From an uncultured delta proteobacterium (lineage in GTDB: Bacteria; Myxococcota; Myxococcia; Myxococcales; 40CM-4-68-19), in assembly GCA_903911145.1 (NCBI GenBank), contig CAIWCD010000025.1, positions 3,891 to 67,890 on the forward strand: 64,000 bases of DNA, read 5' to 3'. Shown piece after piece: positions 1 through 9,644 of the stretch. A program made the translations under genes and the position numbers. Each line of letters begins with the position of its first letter. Position 1 is the first letter of the stretch. The notes below the pieces were generated by a model. The model ran no database searches and was not told the origin of the DNA. It saw only the letters and a program-made list of their open reading frames with translations.

Positions 1-1
1 A

Positions 2-481
2 GAAGAGTGCGAACGTCGCAAGACCGCGAAGGAGATCCTCACTGCCTCCCGCGACCGAGCCTTGAACCAACAGGCCGCTGGCGAGAAAGAGCCCGCCTTC
101 CACAAGCCCGACGCTGACGTTTCCATTCATGCACGCGTCGTCATCGTCGATTCCGCGCAGCAGCAGCGCATGGCAGAGAGCGCGCCCGGCGAAGAGCAGG
201 ACATAGGCAACAATTCCGAAGAGAGCGACGCCAAGAAAATCGGCGACCAGGCCCTTCGACGGGCCTGACAACACACCCGCCATCGCGAGCGTCCCGCCGA
301 GAAAGAGTCCCGCGCGGCGCAGCGCCACTGCCGTGTTCTGCCGCTCGAGAATCAAGGCGTCATCATCGAATCGGGTCGTCCGCAGATCGTCGGCCTTCTT
401 CGCGAGGAAGGTCAGGACGAGCACCTCGAGCGCGAGCAGGCTTCCGCTGCCAATTGCCATCCAATCCAGACTGAATTTCAT
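2..481 (-). CDS. DUF350 (YjfL-like) membrane protein, runs off the window edge
   Basis: Own translation from ATG 481: MKFSLDWMAIG...ERQNTAVALRRAGLFLG...NGNVSVGLVEGG, with repeated N-x-A/S-V-A/G-L motifs and TM helices. It follows the GSP synthase gene, as in ygi/yjf operons. Confidence 0.75.
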   Translation of the reverse strand, partial: MKFSLDWMAIGSGSLLALEVLVLTFLAKKADDLRTTRFDDDALILERQNTAVALRRAGLFLGGTLAMAGVLSGPSKGLVADFLGVALFGIVAYVLLFAGRALCHALLLRGIDDDDACMNGNVSVGLVEGGLFLASGLLVQGSVAGGSEDLLRGLATFALF

Positions 482-492
482 TGCGGCACCGC

Positions 493-1626
493 CTATCGAA
501 ACCGGTGGGGAACAAAGTGGCTCTCGCCGGTAGTAATGAGCTCGGGCGACTCGCGAATCCCAATCCCTGCCGCGATGCCATCGATGAGCCAGCTCCCGAT
601 CACCGGATGCTGTCCATGAAACGTCGGCAGCTCCACATACTCCTGGTACACCGCCTGCTCTGCGTTCGCCGAGCCGGGCGTCGTCGTAATCTGCCCATTC
701 AATGCCAGGGTAATGTTCTGCCCCTCGCGAGAGAAGAAGGGCTTGCGGACATAGTTCGCCGAGCGCGGAGCATTCAGATAAGCCGGCAACAGATTGGGAT
801 GACCCGGATTCAGCTCCCAGAGCATCGCAAGAATTCCCTTGTTCCAAAGCATGCGCCAGACCGGCTCGATCCATTGCATCGACTGCTCGACCTCGGGGAT
901 ATGCGGCGCGAAGGATTCCGCAAGCAGCCACTCCCAGGGATAGAGCTTGAAGAGATCACTCATTGGATTGATCTCCAGATCCACGAATCGCCTGCGCGCC
1001 GAGTCCCAACCGATCTCGTCGACATATAAGAAGCGGGTTTCAATACCCGCCTGGTTGGCGCAATCGGCGAGATAAGCGCAGGTCATCTCGTCTTCCCACG
1101 AGCCGCGCGTCGCGGTCAGGTGAAGGCGCGAACCGCGCAGGTAGCTTTTCAGCTCCCTCCACTTATCGATGAGTCGCTCGTGAATCGAATTGAACTGATC
1201 GCCGCCGAGTGCGGTCTCCTCGAACCAGTTCCACTGAATCACGGAAGCCTCGAGCAGCGCGGTCGGCGTGTCCGCATTGACCTCGAGCAGCTTCGGCGGT
1301 TGCTGGCCGTTATAGGCAAGATCCAACCGGGCATAGATCGACGGAGGCTCCGCTTCCCAGGCCCGACGGATCAGAGGCACCGCCAACGCAGGGATCCCAA
1401 GCTGCGCAAAGAGATCGCGCTCGATGATGTGCTCGGCCGCATTCAGGCATAGCCCGTAGATCTCATTGGTCGCGCTCTCGAGTTCGAGAACTTCCCGCTC
1501 CTGAAACAGGTAATGGGCCGTTTCGTCCCAATAAGGAGAACCATCCTGGTTGGTATGGTAGATAAACCCCTGCGCTTCGAGTTTCGCGCGCAGATCGCTG
1601 CGCGGCGCTTGGCGGATGCGCTCCAT
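493..1626 (-). CDS. Glutathionylspermidine synthase-like ATP-grasp protein (YgiC/YjfC family)
   Basis: Motifs YWDE, RLDLAY, LLEVNADTPT, FKLYPWEW, WIEPVW, KPFFSREGQN, IGSW, GIRE, FVPH. Confidence 0.93.
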   Translation of the reverse strand: MERIRQAPRSDLRAKLEAQGFIYHTNQDGSPYWDETAHYLFQEREVLELESATNEIYGLCLNAAEHIIERDLFAQLGIPALAVPLIRRAWEAEPPSIYARLDLAYNGQQPPKLLEVNADTPTALLEASVIQWNWFEETALGGDQFNSIHERLIDKWRELKSYLRGSRLHLTATRGSWEDEMTCAYLADCANQAGIETRFLYVDEIGWDSARRRFVDLEINPMSDLFKLYPWEWLLAESFAPHIPEVEQSMQWIEPVWRMLWNKGILAMLWELNPGHPNLLPAYLNAPRSANYVRKPFFSREGQNITLALNGQITTTPGSANAEQAVYQEYVELPTFHGQHPVIGSWLIDGIAAGIGIRESPELITTGESHFVPHRFR

Positions 1627-1973
1627 TACTCCCCCCCTCCGCCGAATCCATGCGAACCGAATCCGCCGCGGGATACCGAGGAGGCAGACTCGCTGGAGCC
1701 GCTCGAACTGCCCCCGCCGAAGAAGGATGATCTGGAGCCGCCGGCTCCGTATCCATAGTAATGGGAAGAGGAATGGGTATAGGGATAGGACCAGTGATAT
1801 CCAGGCACCGATGCGTCACACTTGACGCGGTCGGCGGGAAGGTTGCTGTCGTCGACGCAGCGCCGGTCCGCACGCTCGCAGGCGAGCAACTCCGCTGACA
1901 CGGAGAGGACCAACCCCAGCTTGACCTGGCTGCTCCTGTGCGTGCGCGAACGAACGGGCTTTCGGGGCTTCAT
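1626..1973 (-). CDS. YgiB/YjfM-like lipoprotein with Gly/Ser-rich tail
   Basis: Basic N-terminus, LLAC lipobox, RCVD...C, and a C-terminal SRGGFG. Its stop overlaps the GSP synthase start. Confidence 0.75.
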   Translation of the reverse strand: MKPRKPVRSRTHRSSQVKLGLVLSVSAELLACERADRRCVDDSNLPADRVKCDASVPGYHWSYPYTHSSSHYYGYGAGGSRSSFFGGGSSSGSSESASSVSRGGFGSHGFGGGGE

Positions 1974-2186
1974 GGCCACAATGCTAGCACCGAGGAGTCG
2001 TGAGCGATGACTCAAACATGACCCGATGAACAGGACTGCTCTTGAGTTTCAATCGCCCTCGATTTGCCGCGAGGCTTTGATTTGCCCGACAACGGGAACG
2101 CATATGAAGGTTTCAGTTGCGGTGTTCGCGCTGTGGCGGCAGTCGGCGCTCCCGCAACCAGCGAGTGGGCATCAGCGCAGGCCCTT

Positions 2187-3179
2187 TCATGCGTGGTCTC
2201 TTCTTGATGGATCGATGCCTGGGTCTTCGGATTCAGCGTAGCGACCCACGCGGCTTTTACCGAGAAGGCCCCGCACATAGATGATTCCCAGAACGATCAG
2301 GCAAATTGAACCGAGCAGTAGATATCGGCCGACGATCGTGCTCGCGGACCAGCCGTGCAGATCGGAGAGCTGGCTTGGGTCAGAGAGCGCGACTCCTTCA
2401 TTCTCGCCAAATGGAATCGCATCCGGATCTGTGCATGCGGCCCACCAGGTCGAGAAGATATCGACGAACGTAGCAGCGCCAATCACCAGATATCCCCAGC
2501 GCAGCCAACCTATGACCAGCTGGGAATCGCGGCGCGCATAGAACGAGCTCATCAGCAGGACGGCGAAGATCATCGCGCCGCCGTCCCCGGCAAAGACGAT
2601 CAGCGCGCGGGCGGAGTGCAGCGGCAGAAGCAACGTGCAGATGCTCTGCAGCGCGAGCAGCGAGACGCCGATCCCGACCTCGGCAGGATGTCTCAGACGC
2701 GCGCCTCTGATGATGATCCAGATCAGCGAGCCTGAGACCAGAAGCGGCGCCGCGAAACCACGCGACTCCGAGAACATCATGGTCTTCCACACCACCGGGA
2801 TGGCGACGAATCCAGAGAGCCACGCGGCGGCAGCGTGGCCGAGTTCGTGGACCGGCATCGAGAGGAACGTGCGTTGGAGGAAGTGGCCGAGCGGAGCGGA
2901 ATGGAACGCCAGCGCGACGAGCAGCGCAGAGGGAATCGCGAAGAGCCGCAAGCGGGATTCGAGCGCGAGCGACTCAGCGTCTCCATTCCAGACGGGTGAT
3001 TGCGGCCGCAGGATCTCGACGTCGCTCGGTGGGAATCCGCGCGGACCATTCGCGGCCTGGTGGCCACTCACGACCCGCACACCATCGCGCAGCGCTTCCG
3101 CTTTGGAATAGACCGCTGCACACTTCGGGCATTTCAGCGCATCCACACGAGGCGCGCCGCACCATGCGCAGGTTGTCAT
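2187..3179 (-). CDS. Membrane zinc metalloprotease-like protein (M50B-like) with N-terminal zinc ribbon
   Basis: N-terminal CAWCG...CPKC; HELGH within hydrophobic helices; multiple TM segments. Confidence 0.6.
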   Translation of the reverse strand: MTTCAWCGAPRVDALKCPKCAAVYSKAEALRDGVRVVSGHQAANGPRGFPPSDVEILRPQSPVWNGDAESLALESRLRLFAIPSALLVALAFHSAPLGHFLQRTFLSMPVHELGHAAAAWLSGFVAIPVVWKTMMFSESRGFAAPLLVSGSLIWIIIRGARLRHPAEVGIGVSLLALQSICTLLLPLHSARALIVFAGDGGAMIFAVLLMSSFYARRDSQLVIGWLRWGYLVIGAATFVDIFSTWWAACTDPDAIPFGENEGVALSDPSQLSDLHGWSASTIVGRYLLLGSICLIVLGIIYVRGLLGKSRVGRYAESEDPGIDPSRRDHA

Positions 3180-3199
3180 CAGAGGACGTCGATATCATC

Positions 3200-3550
3200 G
3201 ATTCGCTCCTCGAGCGCGCGCTCCCAGGCAGCTATGGAGACGTGCGCATCGACTCCTATGCCCCCGAGGAGATCGCGCTCACCGCGTCGGTGCCCGCTGG
3301 CGGCGCGATCCTCACCGGCACCGAGAGAGCTGCGCCAGGCTGGCGGGCCTGGGTCGACGGAGCCCCCGTAGAACCGGTCCGGACCAACCTCTTCTTCCGC
3401 GGCCTCGAGTTGCCGTCGGGCGAGCACCGGGTCTTGTGGAAATACCAGCCGCGCTGGTGGTGGCCGCTGGTCTGCGTGAGCACGGCGACTCAAGCGCTGG
3501 TGGTGGCGACCGCACTCGCGCTGCGCAAGCGCCGCGCCGCGCTGCTCTGA
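3200..3550 (+). pseudogene. C-terminal fragment of a YfhO-family membrane glycosyltransferase
   Basis: PGWRAWVDG...NLFFRGLELPSGEHRVLWKYQP plus a final TM helix. There is no plausible start, and the upstream frame is antisense to the M50-like gene. The 5' boundary is approximate. Confidence 0.7.
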
Positions 3551-3722
3551 ACAAACCACGCGACACAACGCGAAGCGGGAACGTCATGACCTGGACGGCA
3601 GTCACGCCGCCGACCCTGACGGGCACGCCGCCGTTTCACGTCGTGCCTTGATTCATCGTCCATCACGCGCATTGCGCACCAGCGACTGGAGCGTAGTGCG
3701 CACGCTGGATAGACCCGCGGGG

Positions 3723-4145
3723 ATGAAAGCCCCCGACGAACTGCTCGCCGCCGTGTATGCCAATCCGCAAGTCGACGCGCCTCACGCCGCTCGCTGGTGC
3801 CCTGACGAAACGCCCGGTGCTGTTTGCGGATACATACAAGGCTCAATGAATATCAATTCCGTCATCGCCCAGATGGAGACGGTCGAGGGTTGGTTCACCC
3901 GCGACGAGGCGGAGCTGATCGCGGTGGCGCGTTGCGCGGCTCTTGAGCAGGAGCTTGCCACGCTCCGCAGCGAGCAGGAGGCGATGCACCACCGCGCCGT
4001 CGAACAGCCGAACGTCAATGCGGCATTGGAAGCGTCGCTGCTTGAGATGGCTTCATCGTCGGCCGTGCGCGGCGCCCGACTTCTTCAGCAGGCAAGCCCA
4101 GCGGCGCCGCGCGTGCTGGGCGCGCTGCTCCAGCGCCTCGTCGCG
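3723..4145 (+). pseudogene. In-frame string of gene remnants (TIGR02996-like start, methyltransferase-like start, coiled-coil tail)
   Basis: MKAPDELLAAVYANPQVDAP; MNINSVIAQMETVEGWFTRDEAEL; ALEQELATLRSEQE...ALEASLLEM. Each segment breaks off after 20-70 aa. Confidence 0.4.
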
Positions 4146-4892
4146 ATGTTGCTCTGCTGCGCCCCTCTCGCCGCCTGCACGCAGGCAGATGGGGGGCCCG
4201 ATGGAGGATTCGACGGCGGCCCCGATGGTGGCTCGGACGGCGGTACGGATGCGGGAGTAGCGGACGGCGGCCCCGCGACCTGGAACCTCGATTCAGGGAT
4301 GCCCGAGTTCATCGATCGATCGCCGCTCGCAGTCGCGAGCCTGGATCGCGTCTCCCGTTTCCGCTCTGGATTCGGTCACGACTACTCCGATGGATTCGAG
4401 AACTGCCGCTCGATGAAGCATTACTTCCAGCCGCTCTCCGCGCTCGATTGGTCGCGCCTACCGATCGTCGCGCCGGTGAGCGGCACGCTCGAGAAGGTGA
4501 CGCCCGAGCGGCAGAACGGCCTGCAGCTCTGGCTCATCCCCGACGCGCAGCCGGCGTTTCATCTCGTCCTCTTTCACGTCAACACCACGAACCAGCAAGG
4601 CGACCACGTCACCGCGGGAGAGGTGCTCGGGACGATGATCGACAACAGCGAGGACTTCGACGTCGCGCTCTGGATCGACACGCCGGATGGAAATCCTCGG
4701 CTCGGCTCATTCTTCGCCGCGCTCAGCGACGACGGATTCGCGCCCTATCGCGACGCGGGGACAGCAGACCGCGCGCAATTCATCATCAGCCAGCAAGAGC
4801 GCGATGCCGATCCGATCGTCTGCAGCGCAGGCGCGTTCGTCGATGGCGGGACGGCAATCGCTGACTGGGTCGAGCTCAGCGACGCTGGGTAG
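4146..4892 (+). CDS. Lipoprotein with DGG repeats and an M23/LytM-like domain
   Basis: PLAAC lipobox, (DGGx)n linker, RFRSGFGHDY, MKHYF, PIVAPVSGT, LFHV, VTAGEVLG. The true start is uncertain. Confidence 0.55.
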   Translation: MLLCCAPLAACTQADGGPDGGFDGGPDGGSDGGTDAGVADGGPATWNLDSGMPEFIDRSPLAVASLDRVSRFRSGFGHDYSDGFENCRSMKHYFQPLSALDWSRLPIVAPVSGTLEKVTPERQNGLQLWLIPDAQPAFHLVLFHVNTTNQQGDHVTAGEVLGTMIDNSEDFDVALWIDTPDGNPRLGSFFAALSDDGFAPYRDAGTADRAQFIISQQERDADPIVCSAGAFVDGGTAIADWVELSDAG

Positions 4893-4920
4893 TGAGCGAT
4901 TGGCCCTGAGCGATTGGCCC
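4893..4920. repeat. Exact 14-bp tandem direct repeat filling a convergent intergenic gap
   Basis: TGAGCGATTGGCCC at 4893-4906 and 4907-4920. Confidence 0.9.
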
Positions 4921-6293
4921 TAAGGGAAATGGCCGGTCTCGAAGAAGTCAGCGAAGTCATTTGCCGACGAGACGCGGCTGCTCACGGGTACGCGGAGGAT
5001 CTCCTCCAGCGATTTGACATAGGAGCTGTGGGTATAGGCAACGCTGCTCGAATATCCGGCCTTCACGTGCGGACCGACGACGAGGAACGGAACCGTCGAA
5101 TTGAGCGCGGGCTCGTCCCAGAGGACGAAGAGCACGCCGCCGTGCGCATTGATGAACGAGATGATGGCCGGCACGTTGTTCTGCAGCCAGGTGTCGCCGC
5201 CCGCGATGCAGGCATTGCCCGTCAGACCGAGCGCGCTCGAGCAACCGTTGGTGCAGGCCGAGTTGCCGTGCATATCGTTGCATAGGTTCGGAGTAATGAA
5301 GGTATATGCGGCGACGTCTCCCGACGCGAGGTCCGCCTGGAATCCTTGCGAGGTATAGGCGCGGTGATGCGCGGCGCAGTTGCTATTGGTCTTCGACGGA
5401 GGATTTCCCGATACATCCTGGAAGAAGATGAATGGATCGTGCTTGGCCGCATAGAGCCCGCTGCTCACCACCGGGCAATCACCAGTATTGGTGCTGTCCA
5501 TATCCTCCTGATAGGAACGCCAGGTCTTTCCATTCGCGGCCGCGGCCAATAACGCGGCGATATGATCCGAATTGTTGGTGCTGTTGCTCGCCGACGGGTC
5601 GTTATCGCTGGTGAACTTGGTCGAGCCGAAGTCATTGGTCCCGGCCTCGAGCCAGACATAGTGCGGCTCACTGGGAATCGATCCGGTCAGGCAATCGGAA
5701 TATGCCGAGGCGCTTCCATACTGGGCCTTGAGCGTACCGTTGATATAGGGCGCATTGGAATTTCCATAGACGCCTACGTTGGCGAAGTTCGTGGTGTCCT
5801 GGTTCTCCATCGCGATGACGAATACATAGGGAATCGCGCTGCTCGCCGAGCCGCCACCAGAGCCACCGGCCGCGCCGCCACCAGAGCCGCCGGCCACTCC
5901 GCCACCGGCGCCGCCGGCCGTTCCGCCACCAGAGCCACCGGCCATTCCGCCACCGGAGCCGCCGGCCATTCCGCCACCAGAGCCACCGGCCATTCCGCCA
6001 CCAGAGCCACCGGCCACTCCGCCACCAGAGCCACCGGCCACTCCGCCACCAGAGCCGCCGCCAGCGCCGCCCCCGAATCCACCTGCTGAGCCGCCACCAG
6101 AGCCGCCGTCGACGGGAATGCTGCAGGTCTGGTGCTGGCACTGCTCGCCTTGCGGGCAGTCACTATTGAACTGGCAATAGCCCCCGACAATCGAGGTGCC
6201 GCTGCAGGCAACTCCAGCGAGCGCCACGAGCGTAGCGGTGAAGAACGTCCGGAAGGAAATCGGTGCGGGAGCGAGGGATGCGGATGAGAGCAT
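4920..6293 (-). CDS. Lipoprotein phosphoesterase (acid phosphatase/phospholipase C family) with Gly-rich linker
   Basis: VAC lipobox, Cys-rich CQFNSDCPQGEQC, VFVIAMEN, PSEPHY, WRSYQED, YAAKHDPF, ITPNLCNDMH, WDE, YTHSSY. Confidence 0.85.
   Translation of the reverse strand: MLSSASLAPAPISFRTFFTATLVALAGVACSGTSIVGGYCQFNSDCPQGEQCQHQTCSIPVDGGSGGGSAGGFGGGAGGGSGGGVAGGSGGGVAGGSGGGMAGGSGGGMAGGSGGGMAGGSGGGTAGGAGGGVAGGSGGGAAGGSGGGSASSAIPYVFVIAMENQDTTNFANVGVYGNSNAPYINGTLKAQYGSASAYSDCLTGSIPSEPHYVWLEAGTNDFGSTKFTSDNDPSASNSTNNSDHIAALLAAAANGKTWRSYQEDMDSTNTGDCPVVSSGLYAAKHDPFIFFQDVSGNPPSKTNSNCAAHHRAYTSQGFQADLASGDVAAYTFITPNLCNDMHGNSACTNGCSSALGLTGNACIAGGDTWLQNNVPAIISFINAHGGVLFVLWDEPALNSTVPFLVVGPHVKAGYSSSVAYTHSSYVKSLEEILRVPVSSRVSSANDFADFFETGHFP
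5844..6107 (-). repeat. Eleven 24-bp coding tandem repeats (GGSGGG[V/M/S/T/A]A)
   Basis: Visible as repeated ccgccaccagagcc units on the + strand. Confidence 0.92.
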
Positions 6294-6398
6294 GCTTGTT
6301 TCAAAGCACGATCCGCGCGCGCGCACATTCGATCAGTGACTGACCCTACATCGTCTCCGTCCTATCTCCTCGATCCGCGATGCGAGTAACATCGCTCG

Positions 6399-7553
6399 AT
6401 GTTCTCACTGCTCCTCGCTGCCGCTCTCGTCATCGATGCAGGCGTGCCGCAGCAGTCCCCCACGGTCGCGATCCTCGAACTCAAGACGCACCTCAAGGGG
6501 GCCGAGCGCCGGGCGATCGACATCGGCTATTTGAGCGGCGTCGTGCGCAGCGGCGCGCTCAGCCTGGGCGGGCTGCGCGTGATGACCCACGAGAACATGC
6601 TCGCGCTGCTCGCTCCGACCGGACGCAAGCTCGAGGATTGCGAAGGGGAGTGCGAGGTCGAGACGGGACGCAAGCTGGGCGCCGACGCGATCGTGAGCGG
6701 CGAACTGCTCCGATTCGGCGAGAGCTACAAGGTCGCGCTGCGTCTGCACGACACGCGCGAGGGGTGGCTGCTCTCGAGCGTGCAGGCGAGCGGAGCGACT
6801 GCCGCGGAGCTCGAGATGAGCATCCAACATGAACTGACGACACTCTATGCGCCGCTCGCCGCGCGCATCCCCGCGGCCACGGCGGTCGGGAGCGCCATTC
6901 CACAGGAGTTGCGCGCGCTCGCTGCGGAGGCTTCATCGGCGCCCGCGTGCGAGCAGTCCGCGCGCGCCGCAAAGCTGCAGGCGGCCGAACGCGGCTGGGT
7001 CGCTCTGCGGGCCTGCATCGAGCGCGGGACGTTCTCTCGCGGCGTCTTCACCGACCTGCGCGGCCTGCTCGGCGAAGCGTGGGAGAAGCAGATGCAGAGC
7101 CGGTCCGATGCGGGGCAACTGCTCGCAAAGGTGATCGCGCTGCGCGGCGGCGACGTCGAGGGTGATCTCGAACTGCTTCAGCAGCATCGCGTGCCGCTCT
7201 TCTCTCTGCTCGCCGCGCAGGAGCAGCCCGACGCAATGCACGGCCGCTTCCTCGTGCTGCGCGCGCGCGTCGGCGAGAGCGTCGGCGCGGGACTGGCTCT
7301 GCGCGAGACGTCGCTGCACAGCCGCGGCAGGGAGCTTGCGCCGCGCTACCAGCCGCCCAACCGAGCGACGGGTCGTTACACCAACGTCGTGCAGGAGACC
7401 GGACGCGGTGCGATCGTCCGCGGCGCCCGCGATCCTTTTCTTTCTCGCGGCAAGGAGTTCATCTTTCTCGCCCGCGTCGACGGCGTGCAGGATGGCCAGC
7501 CTGCCCTCTCGCTCATCGCCTACTTCGAGCCGAACCCGCTGCTGGTTGATTAA
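6399..7553 (+). CDS. Secreted hypothetical protein with N-terminal TolB-N/CsgG/DUF2380-like domain
   Basis: Signal peptide; VAILEL...CEGECEVETGRKLGADAIVSG...VALRLHD. Confidence 0.55.
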   Translation: MFSLLLAAALVIDAGVPQQSPTVAILELKTHLKGAERRAIDIGYLSGVVRSGALSLGGLRVMTHENMLALLAPTGRKLEDCEGECEVETGRKLGADAIVSGELLRFGESYKVALRLHDTREGWLLSSVQASGATAAELEMSIQHELTTLYAPLAARIPAATAVGSAIPQELRALAAEASSAPACEQSARAAKLQAAERGWVALRACIERGTFSRGVFTDLRGLLGEAWEKQMQSRSDAGQLLAKVIALRGGDVEGDLELLQQHRVPLFSLLAAQEQPDAMHGRFLVLRARVGESVGAGLALRETSLHSRGRELAPRYQPPNRATGRYTNVVQETGRGAIVRGARDPFLSRGKEFIFLARVDGVQDGQPALSLIAYFEPNPLLVD

Positions 7554-7796
7554 CGGGAGGCCGCTTCAAATCGCGCCGCGAACGCCTCTGCGCACGGCCG
7601 CCGTGCCTCGATTCGAGAGGGTCGCGCTGGACACCCATGTCGATCCGTGACGTGGTTGTCCCTCTTCGGCGATCAGTCCCCGCGCTGCGATCTCAACGAC
7701 AACAAGAGGGCTTCACCGCGTCCACCGGTTCACGGCCCGCCATCCGGCGAGGCAACGAACCGCCGCTGGCCGCTGGCCTCCACTGGAGAATCGACC

Positions 7797-9611
7797 ATGA
7801 AGCCAGGCCAGCCGCCGTTGGAGCTTCTCTCGACAGGAAGCACAGCCTTCGATCGCATCCTCGGAGGAGGACTGCCCGTTCGGTCGCTGACCGTAGTCGC
7901 GGGCGCGCCCGGCTCGGGCAAGACGCTCTTCGCACTGCAGGCGCTCTTCCACCTCGCGAAGCAGGGGAAGAAGTGTCTCTACTTCACGACCCTCTCCGAG
8001 CCCGCTCTCAAGCTCGTTCAATACATGCAGCAGTTCGCCTTCTTCGATGAACGGATGATCGGCAGGGAGCTTATCTTCATCGATCTCGGGTCGGTCATTC
8101 GCGGCCACAACGCGGACGCGATCCTTGCAGCGATCACCAGTCGCGTGGAGGAGGAGGAGCCCGCGATGGTGGTCATCGACAGCTTCAAGGCAATGCGCGA
8201 CATCCTCGGTGACGCGCCGTCGGTGCGTACGTTCGTCTACGACCTCGCGATCCACACCGCGAGCTGGGGCGCGGCGACGATGTTCATCGGCGAGTACACG
8301 CAGGAGGAGGTCGAGCAGTTCGCGGAGTTCACCATCGCCGATGGCATCCTCCGCTTCAGCACCGTGCGCGAAGGCCTGGCGGTGATGCGGACGGTTGAGG
8401 TGTTGAAGCTGCGCGGCGGCGACTGCATCACGGGCCGTCACTTCTTTGAGATCAGCGCGGAGGGAGTTGAATTATTCCCACGCGTGCGCAGTCCGAACGT
8501 GAGCGTCCTGCCCGACAACGACTCTGTTGGAATGCTGGAGCCGACCGGAATTTCCGGCCTGGATGAGATGCTCGGTGGAGGGTTGCCGCGCGCAAGCTCA
8601 ACCATTCTCCGGGGCGCGACCGGCACAGGGAAGACGCTGCTCGGTTTGCAGTTTCTCCTCGAGGGTGCGCGCCGCGGCGAACCGGGAATCCACTTCACAC
8701 TGGAGGAGACGCCGGATCAGCTGCGCGGGGTCGCGCAGAGCCTCGGCTGGGATCTTCACGAACTCGAGCGGCGCGGACTCCTATCGATTCATTACGTTTC
8801 GCCCGTCGAGCTCTCAACCGATGCATTCCTCAATCGGATTCGCGCGCAGACGGAACGTGCAGGGGCCAGGCGCGCGGTGCTCGACAGTTTGACCAGCCTG
8901 GAGCTCGGCGTCTCCAGCGCGCGACGATTCAAAGAGCTCGTCTACGCGGTCACCAAGCACTTTCGGGCCCAGGGCGTGACGCTCATTCTCAATATGGAAC
9001 TTCCCGATCTGCTCGGCACGATGCAGCTCTCGGGAAGCGGGATCTCGTTCGCCACCGACAACGTCATTCAACTCAAATATGTCGAGCTTGACCGAACGCT
9101 CGAGCGTGGATTGTCGGTGCTCAAGGTGCGCGGGATTCCGCACGCAACCAATGTACGGCGCATGACGGTGCAGGAGCACGGGATCTGCGTCGGCGCGCCG
9201 TTCAAAGGGTTGCGCGGAGTGCTGACCGGGCAGCCGACGCCCATCGGGAGAATTCTTCTCGCGGAGGATTCCCCGGATAGTTGCGCGATTACGATCGCCT
9301 ATCTGGAAGAGACTCCCTACCAGGTCGAGGTCGCTGAAACTGGAGCCATCGCCTACGAGCGGTTCGTGACCGGCAGATACGACCTCGTCCTCATGGACCG
9401 GCAGATGCCCGTGATGGACGGCCTGACCGCGACGCGCATGATTCGCACGTGGGAGAAGGCGAACGGACGATCGCCGACGCCGATCATCGCCCTGACCGCC
9501 TCCTCCTCCCGAACCGATCGGGAGACCTGCATGGAAGCAGGCTGCACAGATTTTGTAACCAAACCGATCCACCAGGACGTGCTGCTCCAGGCGATCCGGA
9601 ATCGCTCTTGA
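7797..9611 (+). CDS. Double-domain KaiC/RAD55-like ATPase with C-terminal receiver domain
   Basis: Two RecA-like domains (STG..FDRILGGG, GAPGSGKT, VVIDS, VLKLRG; TGISGLDEMLGGG, GATGTGKT, TLEE, VLDS, VLKVRG), then REC (ILLAED, LMDRQMPVMDG, TKP). GGAG precedes ATG 7797. Confidence 0.9.
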   Translation: MKPGQPPLELLSTGSTAFDRILGGGLPVRSLTVVAGAPGSGKTLFALQALFHLAKQGKKCLYFTTLSEPALKLVQYMQQFAFFDERMIGRELIFIDLGSVIRGHNADAILAAITSRVEEEEPAMVVIDSFKAMRDILGDAPSVRTFVYDLAIHTASWGAATMFIGEYTQEEVEQFAEFTIADGILRFSTVREGLAVMRTVEVLKLRGGDCITGRHFFEISAEGVELFPRVRSPNVSVLPDNDSVGMLEPTGISGLDEMLGGGLPRASSTILRGATGTGKTLLGLQFLLEGARRGEPGIHFTLEETPDQLRGVAQSLGWDLHELERRGLLSIHYVSPVELSTDAFLNRIRAQTERAGARRAVLDSLTSLELGVSSARRFKELVYAVTKHFRAQGVTLILNMELPDLLGTMQLSGSGISFATDNVIQLKYVELDRTLERGLSVLKVRGIPHATNVRRMTVQEHGICVGAPFKGLRGVLTGQPTPIGRILLAEDSPDSCAITIAYLEETPYQVEVAETGAIAYERFVTGRYDLVLMDRQMPVMDGLTATRMIRTWEKANGRSPTPIIALTASSSRTDRETCMEAGCTDFVTKPIHQDVLLQAIRNRS

Positions 9612-9644
9612 ACGAGTCTGTGAACCGCGCCGCCTGAGGCGATC

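Noticed and set aside
5844-6107. CRISPR-like array
   Set aside because: In-frame 24-bp coding repeats with no unique spacers and no cas genes.
7797-9611. Circadian clock (kaiABC)
   Set aside because: No kaiA or kaiB in the window, and the ST phosphosite pair reads SF; treated as a KaiC-like signalling ATPase.
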